Source of the DNA: Moniliella sp. 'wahieum'
Lineage: Eukaryota
Direction of reading: 5' to 3'
Assembly: GCA_003971905.1 (NCBI GenBank)
Contig: RSEE01000003.1
Location: 62,001 to 126,000, forward strand
Length of the DNA stretch: 64,000 nucleotides
Shown here: positions 11,828 to 23,897 of the stretch, in pieces
How positions within the stretch are numbered: the stretch's first letter is position 1
How the letters are laid out: every line of letters starts with the position of its first letter
Program-made: the position numbers and the translations under genes
The notes under the pieces: generated by a model
Told to the model about the DNA's origin: nothing
Seen by the model: only the letters and a program-made list of their open reading frames with translations
Databases searched by the model: none

Positions 11828-14204
11828 TTACCGGAACGGCAATTTGATCAGGAAGAGCAGCATCTCCATGCACACATGGACCGAAGTCCAGAGACACGTC
11901 GGGACCAGTTCCGGGTACGCGCGCAGATCGCCCAGTCCAGGTTGGTCACGTCACGCCAAAGAAATGCTTGCACAGTGCGCGTGCGACAAAGGCCGAAGCC
12001 AACTCGGACGCCCAGATGGCGCTTGCCCAGCATCGTCTTGGAGTACCCGTATTCATCGCCAAACGCAAAGAACGGGTACAGGGTTTGGTTCGATCCAAAG
12101 TGCAGGATGGACACCCAGCCCAAAAAGGCAACCATTGTCGTGTTCTGCGCTAGGTTGCGCTGGTAAAATGCCAGTCCGACATTTTCCGCGTACTCTTCCC
12201 ATGACTTGGGCTGCGGATCAAAGAACGACGCCGCACGGTGGCCGGGACGGACATGGAGATCGGATACCAAATACAGATCCAGAACGACGAGAGCAGTTGA
12301 AGCAGAGCAAACTGTTGAAGGATTGGAGGCGGGCAAACAAGTTGCGGTAAAAGATAAAGTAAGTGAGGAAAAAGTAGTAGCGAAACACAAAGCTCAACGC
12401 TCGACTGCGCACGCGCTGCTTTAGCACCCAGCTACTGACCAGCGTCAACAGAGTCACCGTCCCTTGCCAGATCATCACATAGGCCGTGCCCTCAATCCCC
12501 GAGTGGGGCAAGGTGGAGAGAAAGACGGAAGCATAGGCTTGGCCCAGAACCAGGGCACCCAAGGCCATCCCGATCGCCATCATAAACCAGAGAAAGCGAG
12601 TGTAAGAGGCCGGAATGCGCGCGTTGTGTCGCTCGAGAAAGGTGCGCTGGAGATCGGTAACCATCATACTGTACCGTGCCCGTCCCGACCGGCGCAACCC
12701 GACGAAACAGACCAGGGCCGGCATGGCCATCGTAGCAAACGTCAGTCCCACCCACATGGTCTTGCGTTGCCATTGAACATCGTCCCCTTCCCAATCCCAA
12801 CCATCGTCCCCGCTTGGGTCCGAGGCGCCCCGTCGCCGGCGGTATAGATCCAACTCGTGCAATCCGTATCCGGCAGCGAGCGAGGCGAGCCAAAAAAAGA
12901 GAGTAAGAAATCTTGGCGCCCAGCGCTTTGGGCCACCAGTTGAGTCGGTATAGGGTAAAAGCTGGGTGATCCAGAGCAAACCGACAGCCGAGTAGAGGCC
13001 ATAGTAAAAGATGAGAAAAAACCAAAAGTTCGCATCAACCGACAGGGTCGTAGGCAGCGTCCAGGTCCATGGGAAGCGCCACATTTGATCTTCGGCCGCT
13101 GACATCCAGAGGTGAATGAATGTGAAGATCCGGATTCCCAGGGACGCAGGAACCGACGCAGGACCGACGAGGATCGGGGAGAGATACCGCTTGGGGTGGG
13201 GTGCACCACGGCGGAGGTGCGGGGCCGGCGCACCAAGGACCATTTGGATCAGTAGGGGTGGACTTGGGGAACGGGACGGCACACCAGACCCATACCTGAA
13301 TACGATGGGGATGGGATCAGCCGTCAGCGCGTCAGCTACATCCCCCCCCAATCCAATAGGGCTAGGCAGGGAAGAAGAAAGAACGTACAATACAGCTTGG
13401 AATCAGCACAAGGATGGACCATTGCTGGATCCATGAGTTGAGCCACCGCTCCACCGTGCTGGCAGGTGGGCGAAAAAGGTTGTACCACCACCATGTTGTT
13501 TCTGACTGATGCTCAGCTCCGAGTCAGGTCGCTGGGGGGGGTAGCGTGATGGCCACCAGTGGCAGCCATTGTGCCATAGGGCCGATGCACACCATTGGGC
13601 ACGTTGCGCAGCACTGCCCCGCCCACCCCTGTTGGAGCCAACATCTCCCCTTCGCCATCGAGCCAGGCACACTGTCGTCCGAAGCATGGAAGGCTAGGTA
13701 CCGTCGCGAAACTGGGCGGTGCCTTGAGTGGGATCCGGGTCGGACTCGGGGCCATTGCGCGCATCGGGCAGGAGACGGTGGGAGAGGAACCCTTTCCGCC
13801 GGGGCGGGGGAGGCGATCCGGGTATGGAGACGGGAAGGGGGAGGGGCTGGGGGAGAGTGGGAGAGAGTGGGGGGGGGTGGGCTGCTGGTGCGCCAACCAG
13901 CACGGGGGGCAGGATGGGACGCAGGCGGGGTGGAGGTGGAGGTGTGCCGCGGCGGCAGCACATGTGGGGCCGAGCGGGAGTTGCGGAGCGCAAGACCAGC
14001 GGGGGGCGTGTAGAGATCAGCGTCCAGCCCGCGGGCGGCAATGAGCGACTCGGACGTGGGCTCAGGGGGCACGGCGACGGCGGCGCGGAGGCGGTCGAGC
14101 GCGGCGGCCAGCACACCTGGGCGAGGGGGGGAGAGGGGGGGGGGGCGGGACGAGCGGAGGCGCGGAGAAGATCCGCGGGTGCGAGCAGCATCGGACGGGC
14201 CCAT
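11828..14204 (-). CDS. Uncharacterised fungal multi-pass membrane protein with Pro-rich N-terminus (start uncertain)
   Basis: Many hydrophobic segments (FWFFLIFYYGLYSAVGLLWITQL; YTRFLWFMMAIGMALGALVLGQAYA; YFFLTYFIFYRNLFARL); C-terminus …HVCMEMLLFLIKLPFR* with stop at 11828-11830. Confidence 0.7.
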
Positions 14205-15011
14205 GGGAGGGGCCGTGCGCACCGACTGGGCACAGAGGGGAGGAGGAGGGGAGCAGCGTGTCTTCGCCTGGGCGGTCGATTGGGGTGAACAGTGGGTCGC
14301 TTGCGCTCTCCGTCGGCTGAGCCTCAAGAGCTCAACCAACGCTCCACGGGGGCTCAGACGTGCTGAATGGCGCCCCACCAGCTGAAATTTCACTGGCCCT
14401 GTCCCGCCTATCTTGTGTTTCTTTCGTGGCGCGTGCGACAGACATCACACTCGGCGGAGGATACCTCTCTCTCTCACGCGCCCCACCAGCACCCCCGGCT
14501 CAAGATACAGGAGATGACTGGTCAACACTTGGCTCGTTTCACAAGCGGCACGAACCCTTTTTTCTTACAGAAGACAGTCGTAGGTGACGCCCACCCCTAT
14601 CTATTTACGCCAGTGAGGAGACTGGTTTCACGCGTCTCTCTCGTTCGTCCCGTCATACACATCAAGGAGTGAGGGTAGATCCACATTCGCCGTTGGCTAC
14701 AGACTGCCACGCTTCCCTACCCCGGTGGGTCAGACGGGGAGGAATGGACTCGTGACGGGCCGGCGATCCAAGCACACAAGTGGTCAAGAGCGAGGACAGC
14801 ACACGCCGCTCAACAGCCAATAACTGGCAAGCCCAATAGCAATGCTAAGGGCGGCAAGAAGCCGCGTACATCCGGCGTACCCTCCGCATGACAATTCAAC
14901 CTGCACAGCACTTTATTGTAAGTCTCGTCCGCTTTGTCACTTCAAAGTCGACCCCGCACCACCACCTGGTATGGTCGGCGTCTTCGACGACAGAATAGAA
15001 ATGAGCAAAGG

Positions 15012-15149
15012 TTACGCCAGAGGGGACTGTTCCTGGTCAAAGTGGTAGTTGAATGCATATACTACTGGGGCAGCCACAGCTCCACCAGCAATAACGCTGA
15101 CAGCGAGCCCTTTGTGGGAGGAGTAGAGAGTACGTTTGTTGATGGCCAT
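15012..15149 (-). CDS. Candidate 45-aa single-transmembrane microprotein
   Basis: MAINKRTLYSSHKGLAVSVIAGGAVAAPVVYAFNYHFDQEQSPLA*. Start context ACAATGG; canonical-looking 62-nt intron upstream (15232..15293, GTACTT…TTTTGCAG). Confidence 0.45.
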   Translation of the reverse strand: MAINKRTLYSSHKGLAVSVIAGGAVAAPVVYAFNYHFDQEQSPLA

Positions 15150-17893
15150 TGTTCGGGACAATATCCTCGTCGGCGGCGGTAACTGGGCGAGGGGGGTCGA
15201 TATCGGGTCTCCGTGAGTAGGGTGGGTAGAGCTGCAAAAGGAACATAGCGCGAAACTTGAGCTTTTAGTTAAACACGCTGCGCAGATAAGTACCTGGTGC
15301 GGCCCAGCGAGGGCCCGCACAGAGAGAGCGCAAGTGTGACGCGGCAGGCCAGACGAGAGGAGAAAAGATGATGGGATGGTGGGAGCGTTGGCGATGGAGA
15401 TGGCAGTGACGAAGGCGAGGGCGATGGGACGATGGACGGATGGCTTACGTGAAGAGAAGGCGGGGTGGGTGAGCAGGGCGGGGGCAGCATTCGCTAGCAC
15501 GCATCACTAGTCCTAGTCACGAGTCAAGCGTTCAAAAGTTTTCCGAAGTATAGGGATGCTCCCGTCCAAAAACTTCGCACCCACTCCTGCCGCTGGCCGC
15601 TGGTCTCGCCTGAAAGACAGATATGAGATCTGAGAGAGCGACTGCCGACTGTGATTGCGAGCCGCTGGACAGCAAGCAGAGGCGCGTAGGCCGATACAAT
15701 CAGAGGGGAAAAGGGGCACAATGGAGGTAAATCATGAGGGGAAGAAAGTACGCCCGCTGCTCTGGCAGGAACGGCCTCGCTGGCGTTCGGAGGGATGGTG
15801 ACCGTGAGCTGACTGTGGGCCTGGGGATGATCGATGACCGAGGGGCGCCAGAACGATATCTCTAAGTTCCATATTCGAGCAGGCAAAGAAAATGTGCAAC
15901 CCTACTGCCCCCACCTGCACGTGACGGGTGGGTGGGGCTGGCTACGCCAATGATCGGGCATATGACAGAGTCGCGTCGACGCGTCCCTCCACTCCCTCAA
16001 AATGCCCCTCACCGGCCTCATTGCCGCACCAACGACCACATTCGCGCACAGTGTACCTTCAATCCACGCCCGAGAGAGGCACCGCCACTGCCGTTGCCCT
16101 GGCTACAAGGCTGCCACAAGGGGGGGAGACAAAGGGGGACAAAGGGGATCGGTGGGGTGGACGAGAGGTTAAACGTGAATTACGACGACCCTGTCACAGG
16201 CGGGCCTTGCCAGGGGACTCACCCAGGTTGGTGGGGTACAATCCCTTAGATAAAGGACGACTCACGGTGGTTTCCGGCTTGGGCTATTTGGAGGAGCGGC
16301 CTTTGGGCGTGCAGCCGATGCGGCCGCACGCTTGGCAAGGGTGCGTATGTCCCGGCTTGGGGCAGTAACGTGTCTGAAGCCTCCGGGGCTGAGCGACGGG
16401 TAGACGCAGTGGAGCGGACAGACACTTCCAGGGCTGAGGCATGGCAGTGGCTGTGAAAGGAACCCACGCGACATGCTGAGGTACGGAGAACCGACGCGGC
16501 TGATGGAAGGCTCGCGCGACTGGGCAGATGGAAAGATAGAGTGCGACTTGGGAGCACTCGCGATCCTATGGATGAGCTGCAAAGCAGCCTTCAGACAGGC
16601 GTGAAGGCAAAGAGGTGAGCCACAAGTCTTCAGGCAACATCTGAGTTGAAGGGAAGGAGACAGGAGAGAGAGAAGGGAGATGAAGCGAGCAGGGCGCGCG
16701 CGCCCTGCGAGCGGAACTCTTCCCCCCGGTTAAGTGAGCGTCACCGATCCACCGAGGGCCGTGCAAGGGAACCCCAGCACTACCCTCCAACAGAAGCAAG
16801 CGGAGGCTGCGAAGGCACTAAGAATGTCATCCGATAGCACTTCCTCGTATGGGTGTAGGACAGCAGGTGCTGGAGGCGAGCTGGCCGCCAACCATGCGTC
16901 GGACGCGGGGCATGTGGCGGGTGGCTCGCTGTACACAGGCGCCGTGCCGTGTCACAGCCGTGCGCGCTACGAGTAGGGTCCGTCCCTGGGGCCTGGCCCT
17001 CCAGATGCAGCTGGGGGGGTCGCGTGCACGTGACGCATATGCGTGCCACGCTGGCCTCCCGGCCTGTGCCGCGGCCTGTCGTGGCTGCGCAGGGCTGCAT
17101 GGTTCCACAGGGCTACCCTGCCGCACTGCCGCATGCTGCAGGCAGGGAATGATGTTTGATGCAGATGGCAGAAGGCGCGAGCGCTCGCAGCTCGCACTAG
17201 CACAGAGAGCAACCAGAGCGATGCCAAGACCCACGCCCAATCGGGCGCCCGCAGGGGGGCAGCCTAAGGCGGGTTGGCTTCCCGAGCATGCAGCGTCACG
17301 CGTCACGCGCCACGAGCCTCAGGCCCCACGCTTGAGCCGGCTTCAAGTTTCAGCGCTGGGGCGGCGGGAGGGCGTGTGTGCTGAGATAAGCATGTGGCTC
17401 TGCTGCGGCGGGCTGTGGGCTGTGGCAGTGCTGGTTGCACGGGCAGGCGCTGCGCATGCAGCATGCCAGCGGCTTCATGCGGCGAAGCAAAGGCGCCCGC
17501 TCGCCAGACACGACGCGTGACGCTGCGGTTGGCTCGCGCTGTCCGGCCCGGCTCTCGCATGCCGCCCTCGTGCCGCGTCACGCGTCACGCACTGTTTTTT
17601 TCGTCCGCTGGGCCAGGCGCGAGGCCACACGATGGCGGCCTGGCCCAGCGCATGCGGTGCGGGGGCGGCAGGGGGCTAGCACCCCAGTGGGCCTCCAGTT
17701 CGCATGCGTGTTCTGCCGCCAATCGACAGTGCCAGCCTCAAGCTTTCAAGCTTCACCGCCAGCTTCAGCGTCAGCCTCAGACCAGCACTTGCCACTCGGC
17801 GCGTGAGCCTCAACACCACCACCTTCTTCCTGTCTCCCACACCACCACCTCCTCCTCCTCCTGCTCCCCCCCCACCCCTCTCTCCACACAGCC

Positions 17894-19482
17894 TGGGTGG
17901 CCGCCATCAACTCCTTTGTGCGCAAGCCCGTCAAGCGCAACACCTCGGCCTCGAGGAGGGCCAGGCCGAACCGCCAGCCCCCGACCTCGACCCTCCTCTC
18001 TCCGCCACCGCCAGTGCTTTCCTTCCACGCTCCTCAGCGCCGTGGCACCGGCGCCGACAGCCTCGGCCCCCCGGACTGGGTGGTCCTGGCGCCGGCATCC
18101 CCCGTCGCGCCACGGCCGACAGCGCCTTGGCTACCCACCGCCTCGGCCGCACCGTCACTGAACTCCTAACCCCGATCGGCCCGTTGCGCCTTCGCCTGGT
18201 CATTTAGAGAGCATCAGACGGTCATCTGCTTTAGCTGGCTCAACATCCTCTTGATCTGCATTCCCATCTCATGGGCACTCCATTTTGTCTTCAAGTCTCA
18301 AGACCATGGGTTGCCAGAGACGGACAAGACAGTCAAGAACCATGGCATTGCCGTCTTTGTTGTTTCCTTCCTGGCCATTATACCCCTGGCCCAATTGTTG
18401 TCGTTTGGAACCGAGGAAATTGCTCTGCGGGTCGGCGACACGCTTGGTGGTCTGCTCAATGCTACGCTAGGCAACGCAGTCGAACTCATCACGGCATCAT
18501 TGCTTGCTTCCAATGCGAACTGACCATTGTCCAAACCTCGTTGGTGGGCAGTGTGTTGTCCAACTGCTGCTGGTGCTTGGCATGTGCTTCTTTGCGGGCG
18601 GAATCAAGTACAAGGAACAGACATTCCATGCGACCGCTGCCCAGCTCAACTCGAGCTTGCTTGTCATGGCCACCCTCTCGGTTCTGACCCCGGCCGGGTA
18701 CCACGCCGTCTTGGGACCCAACATCCCTGATCCCTCGGAGCGCGGCAAGGTGCTCCAATTTTCGCGGGTGTGAGCATCATCCTCTTAACTGTCTATCTCG
18801 CCTACCTCTTTTTCACCCTCTCGTCGCACAAGTACATGTTTGAAAACACGCCGGCGGAGAACGAGTCGACACTGGCAGGGTCCGAGTCGTCCAAGAAGAG
18901 CCCCGATATTGTGATGCACCCTAGCCTGCCTGATCCGCACGCCCCACCTCCCGACCACCCGGATGAGGACGAGGAGACCCCGCAAATTTCTACCTGGGTC
19001 GCATTTGGTACGCTGGTCGTCTCGACCGTTTTGGTCGGTGTCACGTGCGAGTGGTTGGTGGACTCGATTGATGCGGTCGCTGCTGCGGGCGCGCCGCGAA
19101 CCTGGATTGGGCTCATCATCATCGTATCCAACGCTACGGAGCACGTGACGGCCGTCACTGTGGCCGTCAAGAACAAGCTGGACCTGTCTATGGGCGTGGC
19201 GGTGGGATCGTCGATTCAGATCTCGATTTTGTCATTCCTCTGTTGGTCGTCATTGCGTGGTGCGGGGACAAACCGTTGAGCTTGCTTTGATCCGTTTGTT
19301 TCCATCTTTTTGTTCCTATCGGTATTGATTGTCAACTCGGCCATCTCGGACGGCAGGCCAACTGGCTGGAGGGCTACCTGCTCATGTGCTGTTGGGTCAT
19401 TGCCGCGGTCGTGTTTTGGTACGTGCCCGACTCGACACAGTCGTTTGGGTTGTTCTCCGACGAACTGTGCAAACTTGGGTAA
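17894..19482 (+). CDS. VCX1: Vacuolar Ca2+/H+ exchanger (CAX family); start approximate, frameshifted
   Basis: LAIIPLAQLLSFGTEEIALRVGDTLGGLLNATLGNAVELI, and the second repeat VSNATEHVTAVTVAVKNKLDLSMGVAVGSSIQI. Confidence 0.93.
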
Positions 19483-20790
19483 CCTGCTCTCTGCAATCCC
19501 TCGAGCTCCACCCTCGTTGGCTGCCTCTCTTTTCGCTCATACCCTTCTCCCTTCCCCATAATGGACCATGGACGAACTTTTTGGACTCTTCTTTCCCGAT
19601 TATCGATTCCTATGCATGCTTCTCGTATCGGCCACGCCATGCACGTAGTAATAGTAGGTGACCGCGCGCTGGTTCGGTGGGAACAAAGCACTCGTGTCGT
19701 GGAGCGGTCTGAACGTTGCTACAGTCATACCCCTTTTAATGTTGCGGTGCAGAAGGGGCGATATCATGCGGGAAGACGCTCCAAAGTTGCTAGCATGACG
19801 TGTGAATCAGATGAAAGAGGCGTGGCCCGTTGGGGGCACGTATTTTCTCTGTGGCTATCACAAAAAGCTTCTTACCATATACACCGGTTAATGGACCGCT
19901 TGGACCAGGAACCTGGCGCGCATGATGCATGACGAGTCGACGGGCGACACAGAGGTGGAACATGCAACAGGAGATAACCAACCTGTTGATCTCGTCGAAC
20001 AACATTCACTACGAGAAAGATTCAATCGGGCGTACCTACCCTGTCACATATAGGTGCCGTAGAAGCTATCCCCAATCCACCGCGTTCCATAGGCTACGGG
20101 ATTCTTGGGCTTTCCAGGATTCCTATCAGTCACAAAACTGCATCTGAATCTTCCAGCAAGGCGAACCGGGTCGGGATGCAAGGGCGGGAAACGTGGTACC
20201 CACCAACGGGGACGAAACAGATGCAGAAGCCTTGGAGCAAGGAAGGCACTGACATGTGATAAAGGCCGAGACGCAGGGTGAAAACTTGGCCCGCAGTAAG
20301 TATAAGGGTAGTGCCAACCTCAGGAGGTTCTTTCATGGTTTCAACACTGGTCCACCCTCCACGCAGCAATCTCTCCAACTGAGCTCTCCCTCTCAGCAAT
20401 GTGGCTCCTCCTCTGGCCCTGTCCAAAGGCAAAAGCGGACCACCTCCCTGCCTCACCTTAGGTGCACGCCCCTTGCACGCGGACTCCTAGCTGTCTACTA
20501 TATGTACGCCCACTCAGCACATTAGCCGCACCGGCTTTGCCCAGCTCAGAGTCACACCCAGCGCAGTGGCTCCGGGTACGCTGCTCCGCCCGCTGAGCGG
20601 CGCAACACATAGCAAGACGACTGGAAATGGTTAATGGGAGGGGATGCAATCAGATGAAAGGGTACGGGTAGGGGTAGGGGCAGACAGAGGGGTGGGTAGG
20701 TCATCTGTGTCCCACCTTGCCCAGAGCAGACAAAGAAGGGAAAGGAGACGTCCGCGCGACAGACTGGGGATGCGTGCTGAGCAGTACACT

Positions 20791-21367
20791 TTACGCAGTG
20801 GGCCCAAGGTCCATACCGTTTGGCTCAGCCCCAGGGGTCGTATCGTCTTCGTCGTCCAGCCAGCTCTGCTCCACCGTCGCCTTGACCCGCCTCACGTACT
20901 CCCGCATGTTCTCGCGGTACAGCGAGGCGGCTTCCACGTTGGCTGGGCTGGGTGGGGGAGGACAGGGTCAGCCATGCTTCGGCACGCACCTCGGAGCGCG
21001 ACCGACGTACCTATTGGGATTGGGGTCGTGCAACAGCGACTGGATCGAGGTCAGGATGGCAGTCACGTCGTACGTCGGACTCCACCTGTTCTGCAGAATG
21101 TCGAGACACAGTTCCCCATTTGCATACACGTTCGGATGGAAATCTTGGTAAGGAACTTGACGTGCGGCGGGCGGGTCGGGTACGACTCGTCAAACGTCAA
21201 CACCAACTTGAACGTCCCATCTTCAAACGGCGTGTCGAGCGGGCCAAAGATGACGGCGTTCCATACCATCAGGTTGTCGCCAACGGGCGCGCCGGAGATG
21301 CCCCGGGTGGGTCGGCAGACAGGCGCTTGAAGTCCCGAATCAGACGTTTGCGCGACGGGGTGGCCAT
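20791..21367 (-). CDS. RAD6: Ubiquitin-conjugating enzyme E2, Rad6/Ubc2
   Basis: [16 protein letters not shown]…[24 protein letters not shown]…[24 protein letters not shown]…[13 protein letters not shown]; intron 20948..21010. Confidence 0.96.
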
Positions 21368-22402
21368 GGGGAACGCTGGGGATGGTGGTGGGGGGCGTGC
21401 AACACGCCGCGCCCCAACCGAGTGACGAACAGGACAAGCGAGGCTTGGGCTAGAGGGTAGTGACTACCTAATGATGCATGATGCATGACAATGGCTGATG
21501 ATGTCACCAGCCCCCTCGCTATTGACACTGCCGATGTGGCCTGAGCCGGCTGGGCGCTGATGCAGCTTAGCCGCCACAGAACGCCGGTTGGGTCACGTGA
21601 GTACAGTCGCAGCGTCCTTCGCTCGTTCTTCACCCCGTGGGCTCGACCATACGGTGGAACGGAGCTGGGGTCGCTGGGACGCGATGGATCTGCCCTCTTC
21701 CATTGCTCATCAGCTGTTTCTGCCATGGATCCTCTGCTTTTTGCGGCCAAAGTCCGGCACAGTGGGTGCACCGACCGCGGCACGTCGGGCCACTTCTGCT
21801 TCTCGGTCCCACTAACAGCTCTCAAGGGGTTACTATTACTACTTCTCACGCCACAGCAAGAAAAAGGACGGGGAATGCATCATGCAAAGTAACACAAAGA
21901 TTAGGCAAGAACAATTCGCATGTCCTTCCTGGGGTTCAAGTTAACAAGGCATGAAACAGTCGAAAATAAGTTGGTCCAAGGGCGTATACATAGAGATTCA
22001 GAAGGAGAACGCTTACCACCAGGGGACCCCAGTGGTCTACGACCTGGGCCAAGCAACTAGGGTGTGCAACGTGCATCCCCAATCACAAGAACTGCATAAT
22101 GTCAACTGACACTGACACGGAGCCAGTAACGCTAAAGACCACTCCATACATTGCAGAGCCAAAACGCTCGTATCCAACCAAGTCAGACATGATAATCAAT
22201 GGGCATCAACGCAGCCAGCGGCACCTGTACCTACAGTCGTGTACATGAGAGTATTATTGCCTCTCCCCCCTAGTTTGGGCTTTTCGAGGTTAGGCGGCAG
22301 GCGCGAATGCGGAAACAAAGGAAACAGTGTACAAGTCAAAAGGGGCCAATTAATTTGCCGTCTTGCGCCTCAACCGTGGCTAGGGCTTTTGGCACCCGAG
22401 GC

Positions 22403-23679
22403 TCACGGATTAAACTGGGTGTTGAAGACCAAGTCCCACAGCTTGGAGGTCACGCCAAACCCAAGCTCGTAGTTCTTGTAGTGGTGTTCAAGGTGGTACC
22501 GTTTGAGCTCCATCAGGTAAGTGGGGAGACGAGAGTGGTGCAGGGCCAGTGGGTGGTGTCGTAGCCGACATAGGAAAAGAAGGCACCAGCAATGATACCA
22601 TTGGCAAATGCCGTGGGAAGGACAGCGTGCGCCAACTTGGTAAAGGGCGCTTGCAGGAGGAAGAACAGCAAAGGGGGCATGACAAGCCGAAGACCATCCA
22701 TGGGGAGGTAGTGGTGCACGCCATGCAGGAGAAAGTGCAGAAGCAGGAAGATAGGGCGGTCGGGCAAGATGGCATCAATGTGGAACAGGAACCGGTGCAG
22801 GCCATACTCCAGCAGCGACCAGATGAGCATCCCATTAGCAATTGCAACCGCTAGACTTAGCCATGACACGGGCGTGATCAAAGCCAGGGAGTGGAAGTAA
22901 GTCGCCCAGCAGGCCGGCACATTAAATGGTGATGGCACGGGCAACAGACTGAACTGGCACAGCGACCGAGCCGCCAACGTAGCTGCGATGGGCAGCCAAA
23001 CGAGCGCCGGCACGTACCACTGCGTTTTGGTAAACATCTCCAGGTACCATGGCCCAAAGAGGGGGGCGGAGCCCTTGACATGGCGCGGAATGTGGACCTG
23101 CTCGAGGTAAAAGGCCTTGTCAAACGTGGAAAACCACATTTGCGGAATGAGCGGCTTGGTCAGGTCGAGGAACTGGTGCTGGGCCAAGTCCCGAGCGGTA
23201 TCAGTATCGTCGGGACTAAAGTCCGACGTGATCACAATGTCCTCGTCCTTGCCACTAAAGTTGCCCCCTTGCACGCCACCAAACTTGGTGAGCGTCGCCA
23301 CGTCTACGCCCGCAGCCTCCATCTGAGCCAGGGCGCTAGCCTGCTCCAACTTGACCTTGGCCATGTCATCGGCCGAAGCAAGACGGCCAATGTAGTACTC
23401 GTCCAGCACAGCATACGCCGAGTCAGAGTGGGTGTGCAGCTCGGGGTCCGCCATGGCGCCGGCCAGGTCCTTACCAGCGTAGGGCAGGAGCAAGTCATCG
23501 CCCCCCGGGTGGTCCTCGACAAACGGAGTCACGTCGAACACACGACCCTCGTGCACGACCCAGCAGTCGTCGAGCGTGGAATGGGAGGCGACATCCTCGG
23601 CGCTGAAGAGGCGCACGCGACGCCGGGGAGCCGCGGCAGTAGCAGCAGCAGTAGTAGCAGCAGCAGCAGCGGTGGCCAT
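22403..23679 (-). CDS. SCS7: Sphingolipid fatty-acid alpha-hydroxylase (cytochrome b5 + FA hydroxylase)
   Basis: b5 motif HPGG; EYGLHRFLFH; LLHGVHHYLPMDGLRLVMPP; C-terminal HLEHHYKNYELGFGVTSKLWD after a frameshift; poly-Ala N-terminus. Confidence 0.96.
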
Positions 23680-23807
23680 TGGAGGATGCGGTGGCGAGCG
23701 CGAAAAAAAGTGCCACGAGCATCACATCGTAGCAGCACGGCACCGCAGGACCGCCCCGGCCGGGCCGCAGCTCGGAGCCAGTGTAACCCGAAAACCGATC
23801 AGATCGA

Positions 23808-23897
23808 TCAAGCTTCAAGCTTCAAGCTTCAAGTTTCATTTTCAAACATCACGCGTTGGGCGTCACCTGTCACCCGTCACGCGCGCGTCACGCGTCA
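23808..23897. repeat. 7-bp periodic TCA-N4 array upstream of SCS7
   Basis: TCA AGCT TCA AGCT TCA AGCT TCA AGTT TCA … TCA CCTG TCA CCCG TCA CGCG … TCA CGCG TCA. Confidence 0.85.

Noticed and set aside
19929..20525. Short ORFs between VCX1 and RAD6
   Set aside because: No motif or convincing splice structure; may be UTR/spacer or an unrecognisable relic.
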